NCBI GenBank assembly: GCA_002269645.1
Contig: NIVC01000376.1
Location: forward strand, 124,001 to 188,000
Direction of reading: 5' to 3'
Origin: Macrostomum lignano
Taxonomy: Eukaryota
Length of the DNA: 64,000 nucleotides
The notes below the pieces were generated by a model that saw only the letters and a program-made list of their open reading frames with translations, made no database searches and was not told the origin of the DNA. Each line of letters begins with the position of its first letter. The stretch's first letter is position 1. Of this stretch, positions 63,140 to 64,000 are shown piece by piece. A program made the translations under genes and the position numbers.

Positions 63140-63880
63140 TGATTAGGGGAGGCTTAGACAGTTTTTAGGGGAGACTTAGATAGTTTTTAGGGGAGACTTA
63201 GACAGTTTTTAGGGGGAGTTAAGTCCATTTTAGGGGAGACTTAGACAGTTTTTAGGGGGAGTTAAGTCCATTTTAGGGGAGACTTAGACAGTTTTTAGGG
63301 GGAGTTAAGTCCATTTTAGGGGAGACTTAGACAGTTTTTAGGGGGAGTTAAGTCCATTTTAGGGGAGGCTTAGACAGTTTTTAGGGGAGACTTAGACAGT
63401 TTTTAGGGGAGGCTTAGACAGTTTTTAGTGGAGACTTAGACAGTTTTTAGGGGAGGCTTAGACAGTTTTTAGGGGAGGCTTAGACAGTTTTTAGGGGAGA
63501 CTTAGACAGTTTTTAGGGGAGACTTGGACAGTTTTTAAGGGAGGCTTAGACAGTTTTTAGGGGAGACTTAGACAGTTTTTAGGGGAGACTGAGACAGTTT
63601 TTACGGGGAGTTAAGTCCATTTTAGGGGAGACTTAGACAGTTTTTAGGGGAGGCTTAGACAGTTTTTAGGGGAGACTTAGACAGTTTTTAGGGGAGACTT
63701 AGACAGTTTTTAGGGGAGGCTTAGACAGTTTTTAGAAGAGGCTTAGACAGTTTTTAGGGGAGGCTTAGACAGTTTTTAGGGGAGACTTAGATAGTTTTTA
63801 GGGGAGACTTAGACAGTTTTCAGGGGAGACTTAGATAGTTTTTAGGGGAGGCTTAGACAGTTTTTAGGGGAGATTTAGAC
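63140..63880. repeat. ~22-bp minisatellite (AGACAGTTTTTAGGGGAGACTT)
   Basis: Direct. Confidence 0.95.
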
Positions 63881-64000
63881 AATTTTATTGATTTGTGGGA
63901 GGTTCCCACGGAAATTAATTCTCAGAGTTGATGGAAAGTTAATAAAGGCCAGATTTTAATTTTAATGAAAATGCATTAGCAAGATATTTGGTTCCTGCTT

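Overview
AT-rich, repeat-dense animal genomic DNA with spliced genes (GT-AG introns). A noggin-like gene carrying the internal insertion suggests a flatworm, possibly Macrostomum-like (inference). Host genes I can support: DAP (last two exons), a TMEM263-like small gene, a noggin-like gene, a tandem pair of 4-exon secreted ~543-aa proteins with a candidate beta-pore-forming Ser/Gly hairpin and an ApeC-like C-terminus, a small 10-Cys secreted peptide exon, an intronless clan-2-like cytochrome P450, a complete 6-exon WWOX and a 2-exon PAN + C-type-lectin gene. Mobile DNA: a hAT element nested in a hAT MITE, each with its own TIRs and 8-bp TSD. The inner element carries a decayed ZNF862-type transposase and a signal-peptide/lamin-tail-like cargo ORF that may be spliced in frame to the transposase. 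Also present are MULE, Tc1, RTE-like and RNase-H LINE remnants, an internally deleted Gypsy element and about 20 different mini/microsatellite arrays. No rRNA, tRNA or CRISPR array was recognised. All product calls come from motif recognition by eye; no searches were run.
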